Notes: generated from the sequence alone by a model not told the origin. DNA of 64,000 nucleotides from Tubiluchus corallicola (GCA_030141605.1 JAQGDQ010000223.1:300179-364178); one strand, 5' to 3'; positions 39,325 through 52,461 are shown, counted from the stretch's first letter. Made by a program: numbers and translations.

Positions 39325-40400
39325 CAGCTATAACAGTTGACGTCTAGCGTAATGTCAATCATTTTTGTTGGCTGCCCTATCAGAGACATTTAGCTACAGC
39401 TGCGTCTAATACTGTTACGAAAACTGCCCAACTTTTCCATCAATTAGCGGGAGAAATACTGGTCTGGTTCTAGATTTTATTATTGCCGTTTGAAATTGAA
39501 AGTGAATTACGGGAAATACATAGTCTAGTTTCGTTTATAGAAAGAAATGCACAACGCTTACGTCTATGAGTTGCTAATTAAATCATTTTGCTATCAAGAA
39601 AACATGCAGTTTACTTTGTTAATGGCTCAGCAAGTTAGACAAAAACAACTGTTTGATTAACTTTAAATAAGAACAAATTAGCTTAACGAGGTTAGGCCGA
39701 TCATATAACGATGCTTTAATGTTCGCAAACGTCAAATGGCCTACCTGAACAGAGTTGAGAAGAAATTTATAACTTCAGATCATTGAAGCCCGAATTGGCA
39801 AGTATAAATAATTAAAGGGTAACCTGTATGTAAAAGTTCCAGCTAGCGCACTATGCGCTATTTGCGCTATTTTTCTGGTTATAATCGCGGTTAAAATATG
39901 CCATTAAGACTTATGTAACTCGAGCATTAGCATTTAATTTAAGGGTCGCCTATGGAATGAAACAATCAAATTCATTCCATTTCCGTAGCCTAACAAACGA
40001 AAAAATACAAAAATTGGATAAATCTTGCAGACGAGCCATGATCAGTTAATATAGAAAAAATCATCGCAGGCATGATGTTCTTAGTTTCTTTACTACACTT
40101 ATGTCTCTGTATTTTCTAGTGCCTTGAAACTTCGTCTCTACAGTCTGTTTAAATTGAAAAGTCATTTTTTTGGTTACTTGAAATGTTAATTTCGTGTAAA
40201 AATAGCTGCTTCTCTGCAAATTTCTGTTTATGAAAAAGTGCAATCAGTTTGTCTGCTGATTTGACATTAGTTGTGAATGTCATCTTGTTTAGTTTAGTTT
40301 AGACAATTGTTATCAAGCGTGAGCTGTTGTCCTGAATGCCGCTGAGCGTGCTTACGACATAGCGAAGGCGGGGCCAATATGCTTGACGTCAATTGACGTC
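39325..40400 (-). mobile_element. TIR element family C, copy 2 (inverted relative to 23328-24405)
   Basis: Long shared blocks, e.g. the reverse complements of gtagagacgaagtttc and tcatagac.taagcgttgtgcatt. Confidence 0.75.
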
Positions 40401-41089
40401 TGCTCCGTCAAAATAAGCAAGGCAGCAGATATTTTAACAAGAAATTAAAAGTAGCCAAAAAATGTCATCACAATTTAAGCAGAATGTAGAGACGAAGTTT
40501 CAAAACATAATCCTGAAACTTGTCACGTATTCCCAACTACTGCTATCTCGCCTTGCCTATAACTTGCGCAAATCTACTTAGAAGTGCTCAGGATGTAATT
40601 TTTACATGCATGTTAACCTTGAATCATTTAAACCTTCCAACATGGTCTTCAACATAAAGTTGTAAATTTCATTGCCACCTCTGTTCAAATAGGCCATTTT
40701 ACATTGGCGATCATTAAAGGAGCGTCATGTGATCGGCCTAATTAACCTCATTAAATTAATTTGTATTTTTAAAGTTAATTAAATATTAAGTAAGAACGAA
40801 ATTAGACTATGTTTCCATTAATTCATCTGGAATTTCATCGATAAACAGACAATCGACAACCTCTAATAAAATCTAAAACCAAGCTGGTTTCTCTCTCGCA
40901 AATGAAAAGTTGAGCATTTTTTCATAAGAATATAACATATACCGACAATACATAGTTAAAGCTTATGTCCCTGCTTGTCCCGAAAGTCGAGGTAATGAAC
41001 CGGTTCTGTAGGCGTGACTGAGAATGATTGCCATTTTGTTTGACGTTAATTGTCCAGGTTTATCAAAGTTGTTTGCTTCAATCTTGCTA

Positions 41090-42110
<1,021 letters not shown>

Positions 42111-42147
42111 GGCTCTGGTGTCAAATTCTTGGATAGGATCATCTTTT

Positions 42148-42355
42148 AGTGCTGTTCACGTAGTATCAGGATGCGCATGCGTTTCCACCTGCGGAATAGC
42201 TGCGCAAAAAATTAATAGGAATAGCTGCAGAAAAAATATCGAATACGCAGAACCCAGGAAGCAAAAACGGGTGCATTGAAAACAATATAAACCGATTTTG
42301 TCTATTCTACACCCCCAAAACGCATACGCCTTGCGGATGTTTGGTAAATGCCACT
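42148..42355 (-). mobile_element. PIF/Harbinger-like MITE family D, copy 2
   Basis: Reverse complement of 29384-29597 (ccacctgcggaatagctgcg; aaccgattttg; ggatgtttggtaaatgccac). Confidence 0.7.
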
Positions 42356-42769
42356 TAAGTGAAACAAAACCCGCTCTATTTGCAAAGGTGAGTTTACATT
42401 AAGGTTTTAAATTACTTGCATGTACTCAGGTGATCAATAACCACTTTTAACATGGTCTGTTGTACTTCACAAGCTAAGTTAGTTTCTCATTTATTCAATC
42501 ACTCGATCGCTTGTAGCTAACTCACTCAAACCACCACTTAATCACTTAATCAATTTGCCACCAACATGCTTTCAATTTTTTTAAATTACAAAGATGAAGT
42601 TTGGTAGAATACCCGGAAATGGTGCTTGATTTCTTTGATGTTTCTGCATGAGACAAGCCCTTTACTATTGGTACTATGAATAAAATTAAAGTGCAGTGGT
42701 CATTTTTAATTACACCGATTTCGGAGTATAATAATAATAATATCATTAAATACCGTATAAAGTGAAATT

Positions 42770-43050
42770 TCACAGATTGGTATTAGAATAAATTACCTTT
42801 TAGCTGAGATAGTTACAAGTTTAGTCATTTTAAGTTGTGGTCGCAAACCTTTTGTATGTTAAAAATTTAAATATCGGAACAACATCAGCTAATCATCGAT
42901 AATAGAAGAACAACCATGTTGACATATAAAGCACTCGATACGTGGCATACGAAAGAAACCAGTTTGAATCATAGTCTTCACTATGGAATATAATGCACTG
43001 ATAAAATTCCGTTATTAAGAAAAAATGGAACTTGATATTTTGGATTTCGG
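42770..43050 (+). repeat. Dispersed repeat family B, copy 3
   Basis: Matches 5090-5400, including the aaaaatggaacttg block. Confidence 0.65.
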
Positions 43051-43143
43051 TATTTGGAATAAAGAGAATATACAGTAGTCATACTGAGACGTTTGATGCG
43101 AAGGAAGTGAAAAGAAAAATGTTGAGTACCAAACACCCTTTAA

Positions 43144-43755
43144 AGGAAGACAGGATGATTTTTCATATACTACTCAATTTTGAAGCACGACAAAAGTATA
43201 CATTTAACACAATTTATATTGCAAAAGTGTTTCTGGCAATTAAGTAATAGATTAGAAACTTAATTAACGGCAGGCGAGCCCAACTATTGATGACATCATA
43301 AACTAACACAATTTTTAACAGCAAAAATATTCAACGAGCGTGTTGCATGTGTCTGCGAAAGCGAAGATTGTGAAGTACAGTGCTCTGTAAAATATTCAGT
43401 GTGTTGTATTAAAACTAGGCAAGTTTTAAGATAAAAATTCTAATTTCAAACTTACCGCTGTGCTCATGCACGTGCTGACAAACGTGTGTAGTTCATCACA
43501 AACTAACACATCTAAACTGAGAGGCACAACGCCTGTTTTTTGGGCAATGCGTTTCCGAAATACAGGCCCTAGTGCCCGTCTAATTAGCGAATGGCGAAAT
43601 GCAAGTAACAGAAAGAGCTAGTGGCGCGAACGTAAAATTGTGTTTGTGTGGTAATATTCTTTCACGTAAGTCATTTTTGAAAAAGTTGTTTTCTTTCAAA
43701 ATTTTAAAGAGTAGATTGTTTGGACCTACGGTTTAAGATTGGGTCCGGTTTTGCT
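43144..43755 (-). mobile_element. Kolobok-like MITE family A copy
   Basis: TTAA|AGGAAG ... TTTTGCT|TTAA; reverse complement of the 11.1 and 20.3 kb copies. Confidence 0.7.
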
Positions 43756-44929
43756 TTAAGTAAGAAACTGTCAATTGTTGAAGGAAATGCCTTCGCTAGT
43801 TTGTTTTTCTGCATTTTCTGACATGTTAATACAAACTCCTGTATCTTTAAAAAGTCTAAGGGTAGGCCTACGACCTAAAACTTTTATTGTGGTTACATGT
43901 TTGTGGTCACACCTGATACATGACCACTGGCTACGCTGATTGTTTTCCAGGTTAAGACAATGCACTGATCGAGATTTGCTCCAAATCTGGAAAGCCCGCC
44001 GTTTCTATGGTATTGGTATTGCAATGATACCGAGTCCTCGCCGCCTGGTGTCTGATTGGTCGCCAGCGTTTCAGTCGCTAAGTGGTCCGGGTTCTATACC
44101 AAGCTGATCATAAACTTACCGTAGACGTTTTCAAACGAGATTAGGTGACTTTAGATTAAGTTAGCTCAGGCGAAGTTAGTTAAATCATTTTGACTTGGGA
44201 CTAGCAGCTCCTTGAAAGCTGACGAATGCGATCGAAATGTTGTCATTTCGTAAATGTTAAATTAAGTTAAGCTAATTTTTTTCTCGTTCCTCCGACTATT
44301 ATAAAACGCCAGTCGAATAAAAAAATAAAACGAATAAAATTCAAATATATACACATTGCAAAACACAATTAATAAGTGCAAAAAGCAAATTGTAATTATA
44401 AAAAATATCGTTATATAAAGTTAGCGCATAGTTCAATAGAACTGACGGATCGTTTGCTCTTAAGCGCCTGAAACTTCTTAGCCTCTCCCTGTTAATCTTG
44501 TGAATGGCATTTTTCCGTTGATCATGAGAATGAATGCGTGTCACTCAACCTCAGCGACTGATATAAAAAATGAATTTCTGTTTCTAAGCAATTGCTTCTG
44601 TGTCTTCACAATGACATCAAGGACTACCTATAAAACTGACAAGTTATCTGACAGTAGCAACGTGAGTAATGATGGCAACAAGAGCCTGGACACTGGACAG
44701 TGTGGTCGCTGCAGTGACTGAGATATCTGAATACGCTTTAAGTTGGCGCAAAATTAGACGCCAATCTCGGCAATTATGGACGCTCATTACGGCTTCGTGA
44801 TTTAATCAATGAACTAGAAGATGATAAAGTAAGTTGAACAACATGTCCATCGGTAGAAGCTTATAATGGGTTGAAGAAAATACCTGTCCTTAATTTTAGT
44901 GAAAAAGGTTGGTATCAGTTAATTGAAAG

Positions 44930-45400
44930 AAAACGTGAGGAAAAGGGTTTAAAGCTCTGGCAGTATAAACTTGAAGCACGTTCTACGGCTAATATGTATT
45001 TGAACAACAAACCGCTGCCTTATTTTGAAAGCTAGATGAACAATATGTATAATACTGAGTTGTACTTTGGAAATTTATGGAAGTCCATTATTCAGATGGA
45101 AAATAGTTGAATGTGATCTTTGTAAGTGTATTGTAAGTGACTTGGAGAGTTTAAAATCATATTTTACTGAACTGTCCTCATTATGAGAATGAAAGAAATA
45201 TGGTTATTTTTGAAGGAGGTTCAGATGAAGATCTGATCTTGTAAGTAGGATGTTTTTCCATAATATTGATTGCGGAAAAACCTTCTTACCGATATAATGG
45301 AGAAATGTCGTGAGATAGGAATTGGCAGTCATATCTAAGTTTGTGTTTTTTGTTTTTTTGTACTTTCAGCCGAGTAGGCACTGAACTGAACTGAACTAAT
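44930..45400 (+). mobile_element. Decayed LINE 3' remnant ending in (ACTGA)n
   Basis: Weak ORF2-like remnants (W..KLE..ST..MY...K; C.LC) plus a short tandem tail; heavily decayed. Confidence 0.4.
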
Positions 45401-46369
45401 ATACGACAGCCGTCTAGAAACTGAGTATACTTGACAAATCGGATTAGGTTGGCTTGTCCCCTAAGTTATTCTAATGGTGCGTTACATTTCTACATATACA
45501 TTCAATTAATAACACTTGCACAAAATGCACAAATAAAAATAGACCTCTAATTGTATTTTACTGGGTACACAACGTTCGGAAGACATTAATTATATTCAGT
45601 CCCTAGTTCACACAATTTATACTTTTTGACAGAAAAAAGCGCTTTGTCATCGTTATGAAAAAACGTATAGTATACATTACTATGCCAATATAAATCTATT
45701 TCTTTTTACTTCAGTTACACAACGGAAAAATGAAATACGTTGCGGTGTTTATAAAATTGTTTAGTAGCTATTCTGAAACGTAATTGCAAAACTTACAAAA
45801 TGACTGTCCTTTTGCAATGAGTTTGGAGTTTCTTTATTATCAACAGCTGTCTGGTATAAAATCATCTTTAATTGTTTATATAAATAAAACCTTTAAAATC
45901 TTGGAAAATAATATTGTTCTGCCGTCGGATTCTCGGCGCCAGGTAGTTGTAATAACCGCTGAACGGTTCGAAGCTGTCGGTGGGCGAGGGGCCTCTGTTA
46001 TCCTAAAACGAGATTAGTAAACCAAACGACGGGGACACATTAACCGAAATGCTCGGGAAGATTAGATAAAGTCAAGGTTTTTTGCTGACCAAAATATGAA
46101 CTTGGTGTCTGGTCCGCTTCAGTTCATACTGCAGTACAAAATGCGAAGAATTGAGTTACAGGCTTATTAATTTTTTCTGCCCGGGTGTGTCGCCATTTAG
46201 CTTTGTCATGATACATTTCGTGAACATGTTATTTAAAAAGCTATTTAGAGTTGCCATGAATCCATTTCTTGAATGTATTATATTAAACAAATTTATAAAT
46301 TTCGCGTCATGTTTTATTTTGCCGTTTTTAACCGAAAAAAAGAAATTCATTGAAATTCAAAAGTCATGT

Positions 46370-46650
46370 TCCAAAGATTAAGATGGATAGAACACCTTCT
46401 AAGATTACCAAGTGAAGTACCCGTAAGAATCACCTTAAAGGAAGCCTTGAAACCTTGCAAAAACCCATCTGGTAAACCGAAAACATCTGGGATAGCTAAG
46501 ATAAATAAAGACGTTCAACAACTTCAACAAAATTTATCTTTAGGAGTAGAAGAACTTAAGCTTTGAGCTTCAGATAGGAGTGGGTGGAATAATAAATGTT
46601 AATGCCTCAATGTCTACAATAGATGGAAATGAGACCTTGAATAAGAACGC
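46370..46650 (+). mobile_element. RTE-group LINE 3' fragment
   Basis: RLRWIEHLLRLP...GKPKT....INKD...ASDRSGW, a typical RTE C-terminus. Confidence 0.75.
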
Positions 46651-47813
46651 AATTTAGCCACATTACTGCAAAAATTTAGAACACGAAGTTGTTCTATTGT
46701 GGTGTCACAGTATAAAAACTTGCTAAAACCTTATCACGTGAACAACGCGAACGAGAAAGAAATCGGGTTGGCGGCGAAAAAGACCTATTTATAAAATTAC
46801 ATCGTAACTGGGTTCGCAAAAACGTCAATGCGCCACCAAGTGGAAGTTGATTGTAAGCAACCCCATAAAGTCGTGTAGGCAACTGAAATTGTTAACAAAA
46901 AGTCGGGCTTTTATTTGGTGAGAAGAAAACATTAATTTTCATTAATTTTATATCGACATTTGTTTGCGAACAATCATTCATACATATATATATATTGTAT
47001 CAACACTCTCAACGAAGTCAATAGCTGGATTAATAAGGAAGAAGAAGCAGTTTTCTTGGGCCATTTACTGACCATTCTTTCTAAATACCCACTGACACCG
47101 CCCAGTCAATCCAAATCGAAACGAGGTATCTTTAATTATAAATTTGCAACTCATAATTCGTAAATTAAAACGATAAACTGTACAAGTAATTTTTATTATC
47201 TATTAATGTGTATATTAATATCATTTTTTGTCTTACGCTTATTGTCTATTTCACTTATGGTATTGTGCCTATGTATTCTATTATGTACCTATTGTGTCTC
47301 TGTGTGTAAATGAGTGTACTGAATTGTTGTTTTTAGTTTTAGTTTTATGCTCTAGTTAGTTTAGTAGTTTACAATTTTGCACCGGACACATTTGACTTTA
47401 GCAGTGCTTTAATATTGAAAATATTCTTAACACTGAGGATTACAATTTTATTGAAATCTATTTTATGGCAAATAAAGATATTATGTATGAAAACACAAAA
47501 TATTGTTTTCTGTTATTTAACTATAGTGAATTAGTAGTGACATACGCTCTTCGTGGGCTACACCAAGATATTGTTCAAGAAGTTCATTATACCGCTCTTA
47601 TGCTTGTTTACGATATCAGAATTTACTTCAGTATACGAAGGACTTTGATCGTGACCCTTGTCTCTTTATGTGTTTATTTTGTAACCCAGTACAAACAAAT
47701 TAACTGCTATAATAAACGAGGAACTTTAATGTATCCAAAAGGACGTAGTAGTGACTCAGTATCAGAACGACTGTGACTATACAATAACAATATCGCGTTG
47801 TGTTTTATTAACA

Positions 47814-47980
47814 ATGTCTGAAGAGAGTAAAGCAGATTTGTTTTGTACAGTGAATATTGTCAGTACTGAAGCGTCTAAATCTTGTCAACTTGCTGGGGAG
47901 TGCGAATTAATACTAACAAAGGATGAAATTATTTTGCAACAACCACGAACCAATAGAATGTTATATACATTTCCATACAA
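47814..47980 (+). CDS. DOK-like IRS-type PTB domain protein, coding exon 1
   Basis: MSEESKADLFCTVNIVSTEASKSCQLAGECELILTKDEIILQQPRTNRMLYTFPY(K); resembles the DOK1-3 PTB start (VxVxxTEAxxxCxLxG); phase-2 donor AA|GTACGT. An alternative acceptor at 47849-47850 cannot be excluded. Confidence 0.75.
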
Positions 47981-48039
47981 GTACGTATTAACAACATTAA
48001 TTTAGGTTCAGGGATAACGACTTAAGTAACTCAATACTT

Positions 48040-48175
48040 ATTTCTAAGGTGGTCCCGATTATTATTACCGGTGGTCGAACAATCAGGATAACCGTTTTTT
48101 AAGTCTTTGGTACACTCGATCGGGAGTTTATCCAATGACATCCCGAGTGGGAAGCGAGCAGGCTACCATTGAGTT
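48040..48175 (-). mobile_element. SINE (Meta-domain-like) in the PTB gene intron
   Basis: ctcaatggtagc..head, then accaaagacttaaaaaacggt, similar to 33870-34000. Confidence 0.45.
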
Positions 48176-48536
48176 TTAATCTCGTTATTATTTAAAGATC
48201 TAAGATATTGTAATAATTATCTAAAACCTTGACCAAAATGGTTCTTTATACAATTCTGGTTGCAGTTTGGAATACAGTATTCAGCAGCAGAGCGATAAAT
48301 TGTTGTAGGAAGATCAATTTTACATCTGTAATATAAGGCACCAAACCGGAACAAGAGTTTTATACCGAACGCTTTTACATTTGTCCTTAATGAAGAATAA
48401 CAACAATGGGCATTGTGGCAAATGAAACAACACATTCTTTCTCCTATTCTTTTCTTTGATCAGTTTTGGAGTTTGGTAACTTTGGCGGCTTTCGACGAAT
48501 CAAAAGAACTCAGAGCTGTGTATTGTTTTTCAATAG

Positions 48537-48660
48537 ATACATTCGACGGTATGGATCATGTGAACACAGCTTCACATTTGAAGCTGGACGGAGATGCGAA
48601 ACTGGTCCGGGATTATTTAGTTTTAGTACAAAACCATATGAAGGAGATGTAATAAAACAT
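48537..48660 (+). CDS. DOK-like IRS-type PTB domain protein, coding exon 2
   Basis: Acceptor ttttcaatAG, phase matches exon 1; YIRRYGSCEHSFTFEAGRRCETGPGLFSFST is the hallmark RRYG/FEAGRRCxxGxGxF motif; donor GTAAGT. Confidence 0.9.
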
Positions 48661-48673
48661 GTAAGTCACGGTT

Positions 48674-49115
<442 letters not shown>

Positions 49116-49302
49116 TTCTTCCTTTCTTACTATTTTCGCCTTCTGCCCATTTTTCTCACTTAATCTGAATGAGTACGCTCCCTCGTGCTTGTATGCTTTT
49201 AAGGATGAATTACGCTGATATGCGTATAGATTGCGCACATTGTGCTGACATGCCCAGTCCTGGTTTAATTAAGTTTAATTTATTTGAAATATCTACTTGC
49301 AG

Positions 49303-49377
49303 ACAATAAACAGTTTGATAGACAACTGCAAACCTAGCGGTACGCCTTCTGCTCTTCCACGGAGAAATTCTAGGTAG
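49303..49377 (+). CDS. Probable third (terminal) exon of the PTB gene
   Basis: Acceptor atctacttgcAG; phase-0 reading TINSLIDNCKPSGTPSALPRRNSR* would complete the PTB C-terminal helix. An alternative donor AG|GTAGAA lies at 49374. Confidence 0.5.
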   Translation, partial: TINSLIDNCKPSGTPSALPRRNSR

Positions 49378-49442
49378 AATGTTTATATTTTGAGAAAACT
49401 TTATTTAAAAAATGACGGCAGTTTGCTATTAAGTGTTGAAAT

Positions 49443-50117
49443 TCTTGTAAACATTGTATGTTTTAACAGCATTGGTAAAAAACTCTCATAAACATTTTAT
49501 GTTTTGACAGCATTGGTAATAAACTCTCTTAAACATTGTATGTTTTGACAGCATTGGTAATAAACTCTTGTAAACATTGTATGTTTTGACAGCATTGGTA
49601 ATAAACTCTCATAAACATTGTATGTTTTAACAGCATTGGTAATAAACTCTCTTAAGCATTGTATGTTTTGACAGTATTGGTAATAAACTCTTCTAAACAT
49701 TGTATGTTTTGACAGTATTGGTAATAAACTCTCTTAAACATTGTATGTTTTGACAGTATTGGTAATAAACTCTTGTAAACATTGTATGTTTTGACAGCAT
49801 TGGTAATAAACTCTCTTAAACATTGTATGTTTTGACAGCATTGGTAATAAACTCTCATAAACATTGTATGTTTTGACAGCATTGGTAATAAACTTTCTTA
49901 AACATTGTATGTTTTAACAGCATTGGTAATAAACTCTCATAAACATTGTATGTTTTGACAGCATTGGTAATAAACTCTTGTAAACATTGTATGTTTTAAC
50001 AGCATTGGTAATAAACTCTCGTAAACGTTGTATGTTTTAACAGCATTGGTAATAAACTCTTGTAAACATTGTATGTTTTGACAGCATTGGTAATGAGCTC
50101 TCATAAACATTGTATGT
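49443..50117 (+). repeat. Minisatellite, ~41-43 bp unit, ~16 copies, ending at the ABCD3 acceptor
   Basis: Unit AAACATTGTATGTTTTGACAGCATTGGTAATAAACTCT(CTT/CAT/TGT). Confidence 0.95.
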
Positions 50118-50132
50118 TGTATGTTCTCTCAG

Positions 50133-50228
50133 GTTCAGCTGTTGTACATACTGGAAAGAGAAGATGGATGGGATGCTGTTCAGGACTGGATGGATGTCCT
50201 CAGTGGAGGAGAGAAGCAGAGGATAGCT
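50133..50228 (+). CDS. ABCD3: Peroxisomal ABC transporter PMP70, third-last exon (ABC signature)
   Basis: ttctctcAG|[32 protein letters not shown]|GTGAGT; near-identical to the ABCD3 C-terminal NBD. Confidence 0.93.
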
Positions 50229-50434
50229 GTGAGTCTCTTAACTCTTTACCTTTACTTACCTTGTGTGTACCTGATGTGTTGAAGTTCACGTAGAAGAAAA
50301 ACTATTACTTTGAAATTCATGATAAAAACTAATTCAAAACAGCGAGTTTTAGAAATCGCGTATTTTTGTCATGCAAATACAGTTAATGTAAAATTCTAGT
50401 CAGTGGAAAAAATAGATTGTGGCCTGTAGATTAT

Positions 50435-52177
50435 TTATTCTATCACAAGCCACAGTTTGCTATACTAGACTAACATTTTCAGATGGCTAGGTTATTCTAT
50501 CACAAGCCACAGTTTGCTATACTAGACACAAACATTTTCAGATAGCTAGGTTATTCTATCACAAGCCACAGTTTGCTATATTAGACACAAACATTTTCAG
50601 ATGGCTAGGTTATTCTATCACAAGCCACAGTTTGCTATACTAGACACAAACATTTTCAGATGGCTAGGTTATTCTATCACAAGCCACAGTTTGCTATACT
50701 AGACACAAACATTTTCAGATGGCTAGGTTATTCTATCACAAGCCACAGTTTGCTATACTAGACACAAACATTTTCAGATAGCTAGGTTATTCTATCACAA
50801 CCCACAGTTTGCTATACTAGACACAAACATTTTCAGATAGCTAGGTTATTCTATCACAAGCCACAGTTTGCTATACTAGACTAACATTTTCAGATGGCTA
50901 GGTTATTCTATCACAAGCCACAGTTTGCTATACTAGACACAAACATTTTCAGATAGCTAGGTTATTCTATCACAAGCCACAGTTTGCTATATTAGACTAA
51001 CATTTTCAGATGGCTAGGTTATTCTATCACAAGCCACAGTTTGCTATACTAGACACAAACATTTTCAGATAGCTAGGTTATTCTATCACAAGCCACAGTT
51101 TGCTATACTAGACTAACATTTTCAGATGGCTAGGTTATTCTATCACAAGCCACAGTTTGCTATACTAGACTAACATTTTCAGTTGGCTAGGTTATTCTAT
51201 CACAAGCCACAGTTTGCTATACTAGACACAAACATTTTCAGATGGCTAGGTTATTCTATCAGAAGCCACAGTTTGCTATACTAGACACAAACATTTTCAG
51301 ATGGCTAGGTTATTCTATCACAAGACACAGTTTGCTATACTAGACACAAACATTTTCAGATGGCTAGGTTATTCTATCACAAGCCACAGTTTGCTATACT
51401 AGACGAACATTTTCAGTTGGCTAGGTTATTCTATCACAAGCCACAGTTTGCTATACTAGACGAACATTTTCAGTTGGCTAGGTTATTCTATCACAAGCCA
51501 CAGTTTGCTATACTAGACACAAACATTTTCAGATGGCTAGGTTATTCTATCAGAAGCCACAGTTTGCTATACTAGACACAAACATTTTCAGATGGCTAGG
51601 TTATTCTATCACAAGCCACAGTTTGCTATACTAGACGAACATTTTCAGTTGGCTAGGTTATTCTATCTCAAGCCACAGTTTGCTATACTAGACACAAACA
51701 TTTTCAGATGGCTAGGTTATTCTATCAGAAGCCACAGTTTGCTATACTAGACACAAACATTTTCAGATGGCTAGGTTATTCTATCACAAGACACAGTTTG
51801 CTATACTAGACACAAACATTTTCAGATGGCTAGGTTATTCTATCACAAGCCACAGTTTGCTATACTTGACGAACATTTTCAGATGGCTAGGTTATTCTAT
51901 CACAAGACACAGTTTGCTATACTAGACACAAACATTTTCAGATGGCTAGGTTATTCTATCAGAAGCCACAGTTTGCTATACTAGACACAAACATTTTCAG
52001 ATGGCTAGGTTATTCTATCACAAGCCACAGTTTGCTATACTAGACACAAACATTTTCAGATGGCTAGGTTATTCTATCAGAAGCCACAGTTTGCTATACT
52101 AGACACAAACATTTTCAGATGGCTAGGTTATTCTATCACAAGCCACAGTTTGCTATACTAGACACAAACATTTTCAG
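50435..52177 (+). repeat. Minisatellite of 57/59-bp units, each a copy of the 3' splice site plus the first 45 nt of the next ABCD3 exon (29 full copies plus one partial)
   Basis: Unit (ACA/T/G)AACATTTTCAG|ATGGCTAGGTTATTCTATCACAAGCCACAGTTTGCTATACTAGAC; exon-start copies from 50483 to 52119, with the real exon at 52178. Confidence 0.97.
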
Positions 52178-52339
52178 ATGGCTAGGTTATTCTATCACAA
52201 GCCACAGTTTGCTATACTAGACGAATGCACGAGTGCTGTCAGCGTTGACGTTGAAAGCAGCATGTACCAATATTGTAGACAAGTTGGTATCACTTTGTTC
52301 ACTGTCTCCCATCGCAAATCTCTCTGGAAGCATCACGAG
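52178..52339 (+). CDS. ABCD3: PMP70 penultimate exon (Walker B, D-loop, H-loop)
   Basis: [54 protein letters not shown]|GTGGGT; phase 0 at both ends. Confidence 0.95.
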
Positions 52340-52380
52340 GTGGGTGATTCTTTTTTATAGTTCTTGAAATCTTTTCCGCA

Positions 52381-52394
52381 GTGCCACCTGGTGG
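52381..52394 (-). promoter_or_regulatory. Full-consensus CTCF-like motif just downstream of the ABCD3 exon
   Basis: CCACCAGGTGGCAC matches CCASYAGRKGGCRS at all 14 positions; motif only. Confidence 0.35.
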
Positions 52395-52461
52395 ATTGCA
52401 GGGAAACTATTGTGATGATTCTGAAATTGATTTCAAAATTGAAATCTACCAGTTTACGTAC

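Noticed and set aside
44206-44245. Hammerhead ribozyme (CTGACGA...GAAA)
   Set aside because: The 8 nt between the core boxes cannot form stem II, and no stems I/III are evident.
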